This document shows, piece by piece, positions 52,905 to 63,491 of a DNA stretch of 64,000 bases (positions within the stretch are counted from its first letter, which is position 1; each line of letters opens with the position of its first letter). The translations under genes were made by a program, and so were the position numbers. Origin of the DNA: Leptonemataceae bacterium. GTDB lineage: Bacteria > Spirochaetota > Leptospiria > Leptospirales > Leptonemataceae. The stretch lies in the NCBI GenBank assembly GCA_965227295.1, contig OZ245742.1:2816001-2880000 (forward strand), written 5' to 3'. The notes beneath the pieces were generated by a model, which saw only the letters and a program-made list of their open reading frames with translations, did no database searches and was not told where the DNA came from.

Positions 52905-53409
52905 TTTCCGGGACGCCGGGCGACGATGTGCCTGACGCACCCGGCGCGACTGGCGCGGGTGTCGGCGTGAACTTCGGCGTCATGTTCCAGGCCAAAAAGA
53001 GCAGGATCGCCATCGTCATCGCCATGACCAGGCGATCGCTGACGTAGGCCTTCACGAAGGACTCGGGCATACGCAGTTCGTAGAGCTTGCGTTTGATGTA
53101 CTCGTAGCCGGCGGTGAACCAGGCCAACAGCAAAAAGGCCGAGGCCATGAACGGGATCGCCTCCCGGCCGACGAAGAACGGCAGGCGAAACGAAACGAGA
53201 ATCACCGGCAACAGGATGATGCCGATCACCGAGAACTGGATCATCCGGATGCGCATGAAGCCCTGGTTCAGGCGCTGCTTCGCGCCGTCGTCGAGGGCCA
53301 TAAGTTCGCTGTGAATGCGCCGGCGCACGCTGATCACACTGAAGACCAGGAGGGCCAGTACGGCGAAGCGGATGTACGGGGAGTTTGAGAGATAGATGAG
53401 ATATTCCAT
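52840..53409 (-). CDS. Hypothetical membrane protein
   Basis: Four hydrophobic segments; 12 nt downstream of the chemoreceptor gene; overlaps the HEAT gene 3' end by 65 nt. Confidence 0.7.
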   Translation of the reverse strand: MEYLIYLSNSPYIRFAVLALLVFSVISVRRRIHSELMALDDGAKQRLNQGFMRIRMIQFSVIGIILLPVILVSFRLPFFVGREAIPFMASAFLLLAWFTAGYEYIKRKLYELRMPESFVKAYVSDRLVMAMTMAILLFLAWNMTPKFTPTPAPVAPGASGTSSPGVPETSDSELRTNEPTDSAIQNPAP

Positions 53410-53421
53410 GACGTTGTTGTT

Positions 53422-55113
53422 TTAAGTTTCCTGCGTTGATGTTTCCGTATCGCCCGACACCGCGCCGCCTTCCGCGGTTTCCTCCGCGTTGCCGATGCGA
53501 GCGGTAAGGCGTTTGCTGGCATCGCTCAGGGCGTCGGCGGTGCGGCGTAGTTGTTCGGAGGACTGCACGTATTTTTCCGAGGACGCGTTGATGGAGTCGA
53601 TGGCGTTCAGGATTTCCCGGGCGCCGTTGAGTTGCTCAGTGGTGGCGTCCCGCATGTCCCGGGCCATGCTCTGAATGCGCGACGTCTGTGAGAGGACCTT
53701 CTTGCTGGCCTCGGTTTGCCGCGAGACCATGCGGTCCGAGCGGGCAATGAGTTCGGCAATGTCTTTGATGCCGGTAATGATCGATTGAATGGCCGCTAAG
53801 GTACTACTGGTAGAAGCTACGCCGTTCTCGGTGACCTCCTGGGTCTCGCGGATCATGCGTTCGATTTCCCGGGCGTTGCGGGACGAGAGCTCGGCCAGTT
53901 TGCCCACCTCGTCCGCGACCACGGAGAAACCGCGGCCTTCTTCGCCGGCCCGGGCAGCCTCGATGGCGGCATTGAGGGCGAGCAGGTTCGTTTTTTCGGC
54001 GATGTCGTTGATGATCGTGACGCTGTCGGCCACGCGATTGGAACTCTCCTGAATACTCTCGATGAGTCGGACCGCCCCGCTGAGTTCCTGTTCGCCGCGC
54101 TCCGCCAGTTCGATCGTCGAGCCCGCGCGCATGGTGGCGTCTTTGCTCACCTGCGCGATGTCCTCGACGAGACCATCCAGTTCGCGCATGGACGCCTCGT
54201 TCTGATCGCACAGCTCATCCTGAACTTTCGCCTTGTCCGCGATGCTGCGAGTCGAGGCGGACATTTGTTCCATGGTGGCCGACGTTTCTTCGATTGCCGC
54301 CATCTGGTCCCGGCCGAGATCTTCGTTCGCCACGGTGACGTCGCCGAGTTCGTCGACCATGTCGTCCAGGTCGCCGGCGATGCGTTTCGTTTCGTGCATG
54401 AGCGTGCTCAAATCTCCCAGGCGGCTTTCGGCGTCGTCCTCGGAGGATTGGGCTTTCAGCAAAAGTTCGCGAATGTAAGCCGCGGCCGCCGCGAGTACGA
54501 TGGACGTTACGATCACAAAGAAGATGGAGATGATGGAGTCGCTGATGCTGATCGTCCGCGGATCGGCATTGGCCGAGCCCGACACGAATTCCAGGGGCAG
54601 GGCGGTCATGAGGGTCGAAAAAATGATCAGTTGAACGATGACGCTCACACCGCCGGTGATCAGGCAGAAGAGCGGCTGAAATCGGAGGGTGCTTCCGGCC
54701 AGGATCAGAAAATAGATGGCGTAAAGGTTGCGGCCGCGGAGCGGGCTGACCCACTGATCTTCCGGTGCGTAGATGTAACTGATGTTCACGAGCAGGAAGC
54801 CGGAGAATTCGAGGATCAGCGCGACGTACTTCCAGTACGGATGGTAACGGCGAATGCGCAGCAGGATGGTGGAGACCACGAGAGTAATCACGAAGGCGCC
54901 GATGCCGCCGATGAAATAAACGAGATTGGTCTGATTGATGAGACCGTCGCTGTATGCGATGGCGGTGGCCGCGGCGAAAATGGCGATGAGAAAGATGCGC
55001 AGGTAATTGTAGGTTTTCTCGCCGCGTATCTCTAATTGATAGCGGGCGAGATGGATGCGGGTCATCTTTGCGGCGGCCTCGAAGGAGGCGGTCTGATAGC
55101 TCGTACCGGGCAT
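53422..55113 (-). CDS. Methyl-accepting chemotaxis protein
   Basis: [37 protein letters not shown]; multi-TM N-terminus; start 55113 or 55065. Confidence 0.95.
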   Translation of the reverse strand: MPGTSYQTASFEAAAKMTRIHLARYQLEIRGEKTYNYLRIFLIAIFAAATAIAYSDGLINQTNLVYFIGGIGAFVITLVVSTILLRIRRYHPYWKYVALILEFSGFLLVNISYIYAPEDQWVSPLRGRNLYAIYFLILAGSTLRFQPLFCLITGGVSVIVQLIIFSTLMTALPLEFVSGSANADPRTISISDSIISIFFVIVTSIVLAAAAAYIRELLLKAQSSEDDAESRLGDLSTLMHETKRIAGDLDDMVDELGDVTVANEDLGRDQMAAIEETSATMEQMSASTRSIADKAKVQDELCDQNEASMRELDGLVEDIAQVSKDATMRAGSTIELAERGEQELSGAVRLIESIQESSNRVADSVTIINDIAEKTNLLALNAAIEAARAGEEGRGFSVVADEVGKLAELSSRNAREIERMIRETQEVTENGVASTSSTLAAIQSIITGIKDIAELIARSDRMVSRQTEASKKVLSQTSRIQSMARDMRDATTEQLNGAREILNAIDSINASSEKYVQSSEQLRRTADALSDASKRLTARIGNAEETAEGGAVSGDTETSTQET

Positions 55114-55203
55114 TGCGACACGTGCGTACTTTCGCGGCAATCCGGCAAGCAGAACTGCCGGCTGCTTTCTTGACTCCGGCGGGAATCTTGATTTTCTGGT
55201 TCT

Positions 55204-56307
55204 ATGCTCCTGTCTAATCCCCCGGCACTACTCGTCCTCGAAAACGGAACGTACTTTCGCGGTTCCTCCTTCGGTTATGAAGGCAAATCCTTCGGCGAAG
55301 TCTGTTTTAACACGTCCATGACCGGCTATCAGGAGATCTTAACGGATCCGTCCTACAAACGCCAGATCGTCACCATGACCTACCCCATGCAGGGCAACTA
55401 CGGCGTAAACGAAGAGGAGAATGAGAGCCGCGGCGTTCAGGTGAGCGGCTTCGTTGTTAAGGAGTACGTCCCGGAGCCCAGCAACTGGAACGCAACGAAG
55501 AGCCTCGGCGACTTCCTGAAAGAATATGAGGTGCCGGGCATTCAGGGCCTCGACACGCGGCGCCTGGTGCTGATGCTGCGTAATGAGGGAGCCATGCGGG
55601 GCGGTATTTTTGTCGGTCAGGAGTACAGTGAGGCCCTGGTCGAAGAAGTGCGGTCACAGCCTGCAATGCTCGGGCTGGATCTGGCATCCGAGGTCACCAC
55701 GGCCGAGCCATACGACTTCGGCGATTCCGCCGGGAAGAAATACTCGGTGGCGGTGCTGGACTTCGGCGTGAAAACGAACATCCTGCGCCTCCTGGAAAAA
55801 AACGGCTTTGCCGTTAAGGTGTTCCCGGCGAAAACTAAGTACGAAGAACTTCAGAGCGGCAATTTTGACGCTTACTTTCTTTCCAATGGCCCCGGGGATC
55901 CCGAACCGTTGGAGTATGCCGTGGAAACGACGCGCGCTCTCATCGGCGAAGGCAAGCCGATCTTCGGGATTTGTCTGGGGCACCAGATCATCGGCCTTGC
56001 CACCGGACGGGAATCGTTCAAGCTAAAGTTCGGCCATCGCGGCGGCAACCAGCCCGTTAAGAATCACAAGACCGGTCGTGTGGAGATCACGTCCCAGAAC
56101 CACGGCTTCTGTATTTCGGACAGCAAGTCCGGCGAAGTCAACGTGACTCACATCAATCTGAACGATCAGACTATTGAAGGCTTCCGTGACGACAAGCGGC
56201 CGATCATGTGCGTCCAGTATCACCCCGAAGCGGCGCCCGGCCCGCACGATGCGGCGTACCTCTTTAAAGATTTCTACGAACTCGTAGAGTCACACTACGC
56301 GAAGTAG
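55204..56307 (+). CDS. carA: Carbamoyl-phosphate synthase small subunit
   Basis: [48 protein letters not shown]. Confidence 0.97.
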   Translation: MLLSNPPALLVLENGTYFRGSSFGYEGKSFGEVCFNTSMTGYQEILTDPSYKRQIVTMTYPMQGNYGVNEEENESRGVQVSGFVVKEYVPEPSNWNATKSLGDFLKEYEVPGIQGLDTRRLVLMLRNEGAMRGGIFVGQEYSEALVEEVRSQPAMLGLDLASEVTTAEPYDFGDSAGKKYSVAVLDFGVKTNILRLLEKNGFAVKVFPAKTKYEELQSGNFDAYFLSNGPGDPEPLEYAVETTRALIGEGKPIFGICLGHQIIGLATGRESFKLKFGHRGGNQPVKNHKTGRVEITSQNHGFCISDSKSGEVNVTHINLNDQTIEGFRDDKRPIMCVQYHPEAAPGPHDAAYLFKDFYELVESHYAK

Positions 56308-56365
56308 AAGCGCCAACCGGCGGCTTACCACGTCGTCGGCGGGCGGACTTAAGATTGACTGCACC

Positions 56366-56962
56366 TCAGGGTGGTCGTGTGAGGCTGCCCTGTAGTTGTT
56401 TTCGGTCCTGTATATATGCCCATCTCAGGTTGCCCGGCAATGCCTTCCATTGACATGGTTGCAATTTGAGTCTGCGTTCGTAGCGATTCTGAAATACATA
56501 TATGCGTTCTGTATATTGTATGTAAGAAGGGTAGTTCGCATCATATGCCTCCAGCGAACTTGTCGGAACTCCGACAAATCGTTCCGCACCCCCTGCGGCT
56601 TCCAATCGAAGCAACCAGGTAAAGAGAAAGCAACGAGATACACCGAGAAAGGCCGCGATCTGGCCGAGTTCGATCCAGATTTCATTTTCGATACGGAACG
56701 CAACTCGAACAGGTTGAAGGCCGGGTGACTGATAGCGGCGCTTTACGGATCCGAACTGCGGGATGCCGTAACTCAAACAAGTCGCCCTGTATTTGCGCAC
56801 CAGAACCCGGATGTATTTGGACATGCTGTAGTTCTTTTCTTCCAGAATCCGCAGCAGATCCCTGTGAAGTTCTGCCGGAACAAGGACCGTACACGGAGAG
56901 TTCGGCCTGCCTTTAGTGGCACGCGCGAAAGTAAGATTGCTCTGAAAGCGAAGTGGATTCAT
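56366..56962 (-). CDS. DUF1564-like protein (Leptospira-type family)
   Basis: CTVLVP...KRRYQSPG...FRIENEIWIELGQIAAFLGVSRCFLFTWLL..E...VGVP; start trimmed to MNPLRF. Confidence 0.75.
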   Translation of the reverse strand: MNPLRFQSNLTFARATKGRPNSPCTVLVPAELHRDLLRILEEKNYSMSKYIRVLVRKYRATCLSYGIPQFGSVKRRYQSPGLQPVRVAFRIENEIWIELGQIAAFLGVSRCFLFTWLLRLEAAGGAERFVGVPTSSLEAYDANYPSYIQYTERIYVFQNRYERRLKLQPCQWKALPGNLRWAYIQDRKQLQGSLTRPP

Positions 56963-57055
56963 GAACGGGCCTCTCTGTTGAGAGGTATTCCCGGATGCGA
57001 ATCGTGCCGCACAAAATGCTCGCGGATCCAAAAAATAGCGTGTAGGAACTCCGAC

Positions 57056-57457
57056 TCAGAGTTCCTGAGGCAACCCCTCAATCATCCTGACTAATTCGGC
57101 GTTCTTGATTTTTCGCGCCGCTTTCTCAAGAGAAAACCAGCGCCGTTTGCGTTCATCTTTTTCGAGCCAATCATCGAAAACCTCGGTGACGCGCAGCAGA
57201 AAGACGTCGACTTGCCGATCGTGGCCGTACTTCGAATAGCGGTACGAACCCACGCAGCGATCCAGCAGCTCTCCGCGCACGCCGGCTTCCTCGTCTGCTT
57301 CGCGGGCCGCACTTTCGGCCGGCGAGAGGTACGGTTCGACATGACCTTTCGGAACGATCCAGCGACCGTCGGTTCGAGAAGTAATTAACAAAATCTGAAG
57401 TCCGCCGTCTTTCTCGCGAAACGGAATAACGGCGGACTGTCGGATTGGTTCATGCAT
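57056..57457 (-). CDS. NUDIX hydrolase
   Basis: WIVPKGHVEPYLSPAESAAREADEEAGV Nudix box. Confidence 0.92.
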   Translation of the reverse strand: MHEPIRQSAVIPFREKDGGLQILLITSRTDGRWIVPKGHVEPYLSPAESAAREADEEAGVRGELLDRCVGSYRYSKYGHDRQVDVFLLRVTEVFDDWLEKDERKRRWFSLEKAARKIKNAELVRMIEGLPQEL

Positions 57458-57458
57458 G

Positions 57459-59414
57459 TTACTCTGCGAGGATCGTGAATGATACGCGCCGGTTTTGCCG
57501 CCGGCCTTCGGCAGTGTCGTTCGTGGCGACAGGTTTATCCGGACCGAAGCCGCGAACCTTCAGCCGCCCCGCTTTCACCCCGCGTTGCACCAGGTAATCA
57601 CGCACCGACGACGCCCGGTCCTCGCTCAGTTTGATGTTGCGTGCCCGATTGCCCGTACTATCAGTATGGCCCTGGATTTCAATACGGAGCCCGGGCGTTT
57701 TCTTCAGCAACTCCGCGAACTGGTTCAATTCCGCGGCGGAGTCCGCGGTCAACTCCGCACTGCCCGTACGAAAGTTGATGTTGTTGATGATGATTTCCGC
57801 CCCGCTCCGGCGGGCCTCCTCAATCGAAGTCAGCGGGATCGTTACGCTCTCTTCGGAGTAAGCCCCGTCATTGCCGGCGGTGAGTGACCGCGAGTTTGAA
57901 AGATAGCCGTCTTTGGTTGCATAATAAACGTAACTGCGTCCACGGGGCAGGGCGATGAAAAACTCGCCGGTGTCCCAGCGGCTGGACAGTCGACCAAGCA
58001 GTTCACCACTCTCACGATCCCGCCACTCAATGTTCGCGGCCAGAGGCTCGCCGCTCTGAGCATCCACGACCTTGCCGCGTACGGCGGTCACCGAACTCTC
58101 CGGCTGCGCTCGCTTCGGTAACGGCACCACACGGTAGATATCGTCGCCGCCCAGATTGTCATCGTGTTTCCCGGAGAACCAGCCGTGATCAGCGGCCGCG
58201 GTGAGTCGAAAGCCCCAGTCGGTACCGGCGCCGTTCACGACCTTGCCGACGTTTCGCGGCGGGGACCAGCGTTGCCATGAATCATCCAGCCGCACGGTCT
58301 TGTAGATATCCATGTCACCGAAGCCGGCGTCGTAGCCGTTCGAACTAAAGTACAACGTACGTCCGTCACTGTGCAGAAACGGAGCACGCTCGGAGCCCGG
58401 AGTATTCACGAACGCCCCGAGGTTCACCGGACGACTAAACCCGCCGTCCTCCTGTACGAAGCTGATATACAGATCCGTGTTCCCCCACCAATCGGCGCCG
58501 TAAAAACGGTTCTTCGGCACCACCCCGTAAGGACTACCCGGCCGATCACTGGAAAATATTAAGGCGCGCCCATCGGAAGTTAAGAACGCATCGGATTCGA
58601 AATAGGGCGTGTTGATGGGAGCCGGCAGGGGCTGCAGCCGCGACCAGCCGGACGGGGTGGAAACCGTACGGAAAATATCGCCGTTCCCCTTGCTGCCGCG
58701 AAAGTTACCGAAGACAAACAACGCCGAACCGTCCGGAGCGATGGCGTCCGGTCCTTCGTTGTCCGGCGTATTCAGATCGTCCAGAGCCGACGTACGCCAG
58801 CGCCGGCCGTCGTTCGCCTGCCCCCCGTCCGCTTTCACCGACACCCAGATATCTTCGCCGGAGTTGCGTCCGGCCCGGTTGTTCGCCGTAAAGTACAACC
58901 GATCTCCGCTGGGTTCAGGAATGGGCAGGTACTCGGCTGTGGAACTGTTTAATGAATCGCCGGGATTCAGAATTTGCACATCGCCTTCCGGCTCCTCCAG
59001 CATGGAGATGATCTCATCGATGGCCGCCCCGCGTTCGGGAAAATCCCCGCGGTTCTCCCGCCAGATCTGCGCCGCCCGGCTGTAGTCGCCGTCTTCCATG
59101 GCGAAGCCCGCGAGCCTCTGCACGATGAGCCAGCGTGCGTAGGGTTGCGCTTCTTCGCTCGCCAGGAACTCGGCCATGGAGCGGCGATTGTTCGTGCTGT
59201 TTCCCGTGGCGTAGAACGTACGGAGCCAGCCGGCATCCAGGCCCTGGCGCCAGGCAAAGGCCGCGCTGCGTCTTCGGGCCTCGGCTTCCAGGTTGCGGCT
59301 GTTTGTCGAATCTTGAGAGCGGAGCGCGTGTTCCGGCGCCACGAAGCATAAGGCGCAGGCAGACAACATTAAGAGGGCGATGAACGGGCGACGGCGACGA
59401 CTATGAATCGGCAT
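57459..59414 (-). CDS. OmpA-family protein with PD40/WD40-like repeats
   Basis: INT..FESDAFL..DGRALIFSSDR repeats; NINF..GSA, IEIQGHTD, LSEDRA.SV, NRRV. Confidence 0.92.
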   Translation of the reverse strand: MPIHSRRRRPFIALLMLSACALCFVAPEHALRSQDSTNSRNLEAEARRRSAAFAWRQGLDAGWLRTFYATGNSTNNRRSMAEFLASEEAQPYARWLIVQRLAGFAMEDGDYSRAAQIWRENRGDFPERGAAIDEIISMLEEPEGDVQILNPGDSLNSSTAEYLPIPEPSGDRLYFTANNRAGRNSGEDIWVSVKADGGQANDGRRWRTSALDDLNTPDNEGPDAIAPDGSALFVFGNFRGSKGNGDIFRTVSTPSGWSRLQPLPAPINTPYFESDAFLTSDGRALIFSSDRPGSPYGVVPKNRFYGADWWGNTDLYISFVQEDGGFSRPVNLGAFVNTPGSERAPFLHSDGRTLYFSSNGYDAGFGDMDIYKTVRLDDSWQRWSPPRNVGKVVNGAGTDWGFRLTAAADHGWFSGKHDDNLGGDDIYRVVPLPKRAQPESSVTAVRGKVVDAQSGEPLAANIEWRDRESGELLGRLSSRWDTGEFFIALPRGRSYVYYATKDGYLSNSRSLTAGNDGAYSEESVTIPLTSIEEARRSGAEIIINNINFRTGSAELTADSAAELNQFAELLKKTPGLRIEIQGHTDSTGNRARNIKLSEDRASSVRDYLVQRGVKAGRLKVRGFGPDKPVATNDTAEGRRQNRRVSFTILAE

Positions 59415-59457
59415 GAATCGAAACAATTTCACGAAACGGGATCGCGCAACTACTTCT

Positions 59458-59907
59458 CTAACATTCCAGGGCTTTGAGGAGCCGCGGCGGAGGCGCCACG
59501 GCCTGCCCGGCGGCGTAGTCGTAGAACACGATGCCCGTTTTCGCCCGGGCCACCGGTCGTTCGGAGCCGTCGGCGGACAGCGCAATGACCCGGTAGAATA
59601 GTTCACAGCCCTTGCTGAAGAGTTCGCCCGGCGCCAGCGCAAAGCGCAGCACGTCGCCGAAGTGCGCTTCGGATTCGTACACGACCGCGAGATCTGCCAT
59701 GATCATACCCACGCGGCCGTCCCCATCGAGGTTTAATTCGGCAAGACCGTGAGAGGCGAAGAAGCGGGCGCGCACTTCGTGGAGCAAAGTGACGAGGGAA
59801 TCGTGGCCGAGGTGGCCGCCGAAATTCACATCACCGATACGCACGGGGAATTCCGTGGTGTAGATGAACCGGCCGGGATCCGGCAGGTTGATTTCTACGC
59901 GCGCCAT
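59458..59907 (-). CDS. Thioesterase (4HBT/FcbC-like)
   Basis: VRIGDVNFGGHLGHD...HEVR; start at MARVEINLP. Confidence 0.88.
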   Translation of the reverse strand: MARVEINLPDPGRFIYTTEFPVRIGDVNFGGHLGHDSLVTLLHEVRARFFASHGLAELNLDGDGRVGMIMADLAVVYESEAHFGDVLRFALAPGELFSKGCELFYRVIALSADGSERPVARAKTGIVFYDYAAGQAVAPPPRLLKALEC

Positions 59908-59924
59908 CGGTTCGAACGGGCGGA

Positions 59925-60023
59925 TCAGTCCTCGGGGGAGAGGAACCGCAGAACGGCGACGATGGCGCCGAAGCCGAGGGTGAAGGCCATCAGGGCCAGA
60001 AACGAAATCATGCCTGCACTCAT
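59925..60023 (-). CDS. Candidate 32-aa single-TM small protein
   Basis: MSAGMISFLALMAFTLGFGAIVAVLRFLSPED*, GC-rich third positions, 17 nt upstream of the thioesterase; below the ORF track cut-off. Confidence 0.5.
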   Translation of the reverse strand: MSAGMISFLALMAFTLGFGAIVAVLRFLSPED

Positions 60024-60280
60024 ACCAGCAGCAGGTTCCGAAGCCCGGTGCCGCGCAAGTAGAATTTCCGGTGAAATCGCGCTGACGCGAGTGGTCCCGG
60101 TACCGCCCCGGGTCGGCGCCGGCCGCGCAGTGGAGGCCCAAAGTCGACCCGAAGCCGCGGAGGTGTGCCGTGGTAACGCAAAACAATCAACTAAATATGT
60201 AGTTTTACATACGAAAGGGTATGTCGATGATGCGCCGACATTTAACCTGTTAATTTATTTAACCAGGAGGCTAAAAAATA

Positions 60281-60550
60281 ATGGTCGGCATGCAGAATGC
60301 CGGTGTAGTTTGCAGTATTATGAAGGATGCACGCCGTTACGTGGTGTTAGCGTGGCAATCCAACAAAATCTGTCCGGTACGATTTCGGCTCGGCCTGCCG
60401 TATTTCGACGCCGAGAAGCCCACGCGCTTTCGTTCGCAAAACAAAGCCCGGAACGCCATCGCCGAAGCCCGGCGCTTGCGTCAGGAACGCGGGCTGGAGT
60501 TTGCCCCGCATCTGAAAATGCACTTCAAGATCGTCGAACGCTCCGCCTGA
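60281..60550 (+). CDS. Small basic hypothetical protein
   Basis: AGGAGG upstream and AT-rich promoter-like region; 89 aa. Confidence 0.55.
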   Translation: MVGMQNAGVVCSIMKDARRYVVLAWQSNKICPVRFRLGLPYFDAEKPTRFRSQNKARNAIAEARRLRQERGLEFAPHLKMHFKIVERSA

Positions 60551-60595
60551 TTCCGTGCCGCCTGTCACCGGTCGGTGACAAACCCGCCGCATCGT

Positions 60596-60868
60596 TTAAC
60601 CGTAGCGCAGCAACACAATCCCCAACAACAACGACAGACCGAGGGCCGGCCAGGGCGCGCCGTCGAATGCCGTGAGCCAGAACATGTGCACGAAGGCTGC
60701 CACCAGTAACGCCACAAAGAACCGGTCCCCCGGCGTACTTTCCAGCGGCAGCAGCCCGCGACGCGGGAGCGAAGGCGAACGCCACTGCCACACGGTCATC
60801 ATGGCAAGCATGAACACGATGCAACCGAAGAACAGCGCCGTGGGTACTGTAAACGCAATCCAGTTCAT
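60596..60868 (-). CDS. DUF2160-family small membrane protein
   Basis: WIAFTVPTALFF...RRGLLPLESTPGDRFFV.LL. Confidence 0.85.
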   Translation of the reverse strand: MNWIAFTVPTALFFGCIVFMLAMMTVWQWRSPSLPRRGLLPLESTPGDRFFVALLVAAFVHMFWLTAFDGAPWPALGLSLLLGIVLLRYG

Positions 60869-60892
60869 AATACCTGCGAAGCGTGCGGTTGC

Positions 60893-61693
60893 TTACACCC
60901 GCCCCAGGGCGAAGCCCTTTGCAATGTAGTTTCGCACGAACCAGATGACGATCGCGCCGGGAATGATCGTCAACACACCGGCCGCCGCGAGTACGCCCCA
61001 GTCCATGCCGGCCGCGCTGACCGTGCGCGTCATCGTCGCCACGATGGGTTTGGCCTCGACGGAGGTTAAGGTACGCGCGAGCAGGAGTTCCACCCACGAA
61101 AACATAAAACAAAAGAACATGGCCACGCCGACACCACTGCCGATCAACGGCAGGAGGATTTTCCCGAAGAAGCGGGGAAACGAGTAACCGTCGATGTACG
61201 CGGTCTCGTCGATCTCTCGCGGGATGCCGGAGATGAAACCTTCCAGGATCCACACGGCCAGCGGAACGTTGAACAACATGTGCGCCAGAGCCACGCCGAT
61301 GTGCGTGTCGAAGAGGCCGACGCTCGAATACAATTGAAAGAAGGGCAGTAGAAAAACGGCGGGCGGTGCCATGCGATTCGAAAGCAGCCAGAAGAAGAGG
61401 TGCCGGTCGCCCAGGAAACGATAGCGTGAGAAGGCGTACGCCGCCGGCAACGCCACGGCCACCGAGAGGATCGTATTCAGCAGGACGTAGGCGAGGCTGT
61501 TCAGGTAACTCCCGTACCAGGATGCGTCCGTAAAAATCAAAATGTAGTTCGCGAGCGTCGGTTCGTGGGGATACAGAGTAAAGTCGCCGGTAATCTCCGC
61601 GTTCGTTTTGAGCGACATGGTGATCAGCCAGTAGATCGGCACGATCAGCACGATGAAGTATGCCGTGAGAAGCGAGGCGCGGAGCTTCGACAT
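60893..61693 (-). CDS. Carbohydrate ABC transporter permease
   Basis: IPREIDETAYIDG EAA loop; LPAAYAFSR; FVRNYIAKGFALGRV; start 61693 or 61702. Confidence 0.92.
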   Translation of the reverse strand: MSKLRASLLTAYFIVLIVPIYWLITMSLKTNAEITGDFTLYPHEPTLANYILIFTDASWYGSYLNSLAYVLLNTILSVAVALPAAYAFSRYRFLGDRHLFFWLLSNRMAPPAVFLLPFFQLYSSVGLFDTHIGVALAHMLFNVPLAVWILEGFISGIPREIDETAYIDGYSFPRFFGKILLPLIGSGVGVAMFFCFMFSWVELLLARTLTSVEAKPIVATMTRTVSAAGMDWGVLAAAGVLTIIPGAIVIWFVRNYIAKGFALGRV

Positions 61694-61783
61694 GCCGCCC
61701 ATTCCGATCGACGGCCGCGGAATCGCAAGAACAAACGAATCCGCGGCACATCGGTCGGCTTAAATCGCGCCGCGCCGACCGCT

Positions 61784-63208
61784 TCAATCCACGGGCAAAC
61801 CGCCGGGCACGCTCGCCGGGATTTCTCCCGTAAGATCCAGCATGGCCGGGTCGGTCAGGCTCTGCAAGAAGGCCACGAGCTGCGCCTGCTCGTTCGCGTT
61901 CAAACCGAGGTTCGGCCGCACGAGGCGATCCCGCGCGTTGATGCGATCCTGAATGCGTCCGGCGTCCGTGTCCACCGTCGCGATGTAGTCATCGCGGCCG
62001 AGCTGCGCGGCGTCGTAGTTACGAATCCCGGCGTCAGTGTCGTTGTAATGCGCTACGACGGCGGCGAGGCTCGTGTAGGCGCCCGCGTGGGTATAGGGCG
62101 CCGTGAGTTCGATGTTGCGCAGCGGCGGTGTGCGAAACTCGTAGCGATCGCCGTTGTTGCCGGTCTCGTGAAAGCGACCCATGTCGTCGCCGCCGGATTT
62201 ACCCGGCCCCAATTGCGGCGCGGCGATGCCGTGAAAGTCGAAGTCGCTCAGCAGCGGACCTTCGTGGCAGTCTCCGCAACCGCCACGGCCGAAGAAGAGC
62301 AGGCCGCCGGCCTTCTGGTCGTTCGTCATGGCGAAGGTGTTGCCGGCGAGGAACTGATCAAACAACGTCGTGGTCGAAGTATAAGTATCCACCTCGAACG
62401 CGGCGATGGCCCGCGCGGCGTGACCGAAGTTGAAGTCGTCGTAATCCGTAACTTCCGGAAAGGCGGAGTGAAACAACGAGCGATACTCCGCAATGCCGCC
62501 GACGCTGCCGTTGGACGTTCCCACCAGCCGCGCCATGATCGCCGCCCACGCAGCCTCGTTGTCGGCGGCGTCGCGGATGTCGTTGCCGGGCTGACCGCGC
62601 ATCTCATCATCCGACGTAACCGGAAACATCGCCTGGGCTGCCAGCACCGATGTCAACTGCGCGGTGATGTCGCTGCGCGCAGGACTCGCCCCGTTCAACG
62701 CGGCCTCCGGTGTTGTTAACACGCCGCCGCTTAAACTTACGCGACCGTCCCAGAACGCGCGGTTGAATTCGCTGGCGCCCAGGTTGAAAAGCGCCGGTGC
62801 GTTGCGCGCGATCATTGCGGCGGAACCGCTCAGTTCCCGGGCCGCCCCGGTACCGGAACCGCCGGCCCCGATGGATGTCGGTAGATCGTCGCCGGTGGAC
62901 GCCGAGGGATGGTGGCACGTCGCGCACGAGATGTTTTGATCCCCGGACAGGATCTTATCAAAGAACAACGCCTTGCCGAGAGCGATCATCTCCGCGCTTT
63001 CGTTTTGCTGGATCGTCGGTGTCGATACGTTCGCATCGGCGGCCGCTGCCAGGAGTCGTGCGTCCAGCGGGTTCGTCACCGCACCCAGCAGCGCATTCAG
63101 AACGGCCGGGTTCAGATCATCGCCGTCGTCATTGCCGGAGCAACCTCCAGTCAGAGTTACCACAAACAGTGCGGCGACGAGAGACACAATTCTGCGTTTC
63201 GTTTGCAT
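61784..63208 (-). CDS. Di-haem cytochrome c peroxidase/MauG-family lipoprotein
   Basis: LGKALFFD, SCATCH, FWDGR, CGDCH, FRTPPLRNIELTAPY.H.G; signal ending TGGC. Confidence 0.92.
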   Translation of the reverse strand: MQTKRRIVSLVAALFVVTLTGGCSGNDDGDDLNPAVLNALLGAVTNPLDARLLAAAADANVSTPTIQQNESAEMIALGKALFFDKILSGDQNISCATCHHPSASTGDDLPTSIGAGGSGTGAARELSGSAAMIARNAPALFNLGASEFNRAFWDGRVSLSGGVLTTPEAALNGASPARSDITAQLTSVLAAQAMFPVTSDDEMRGQPGNDIRDAADNEAAWAAIMARLVGTSNGSVGGIAEYRSLFHSAFPEVTDYDDFNFGHAARAIAAFEVDTYTSTTTLFDQFLAGNTFAMTNDQKAGGLLFFGRGGCGDCHEGPLLSDFDFHGIAAPQLGPGKSGGDDMGRFHETGNNGDRYEFRTPPLRNIELTAPYTHAGAYTSLAAVVAHYNDTDAGIRNYDAAQLGRDDYIATVDTDAGRIQDRINARDRLVRPNLGLNANEQAQLVAFLQSLTDPAMLDLTGEIPASVPGGLPVD

Positions 63209-63491
63209 GGGATATACGACCGACGGGGCTGCCGTTATGTGCGCTCATCGAGGACCATGCCGCGCGGCTCGGTCTCATTTTCCAGGAAACGGAATCCTGG
63301 TTCGGAAAGAGTTTTACGGAAATCCAACCCTTCGCGCTGCAAGTTTTCGTCCCCGGCGGCCCGCGGCCTGAAGCTTTTCAGTTGCTCTAATTTCTTCGTA
63401 CGGTAAGCTATGGCGCTTTGACAATGAATGTCAGCGGAGAACATTACTGAGAGTGGAATGTTCCGCACACAAATCCAGGAGAAACAATCCC

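Noticed and set aside
55204..56307. carA without adjacent carB
   Set aside because: Split carA/carB occurs in many bacteria; not notable without the full genome.
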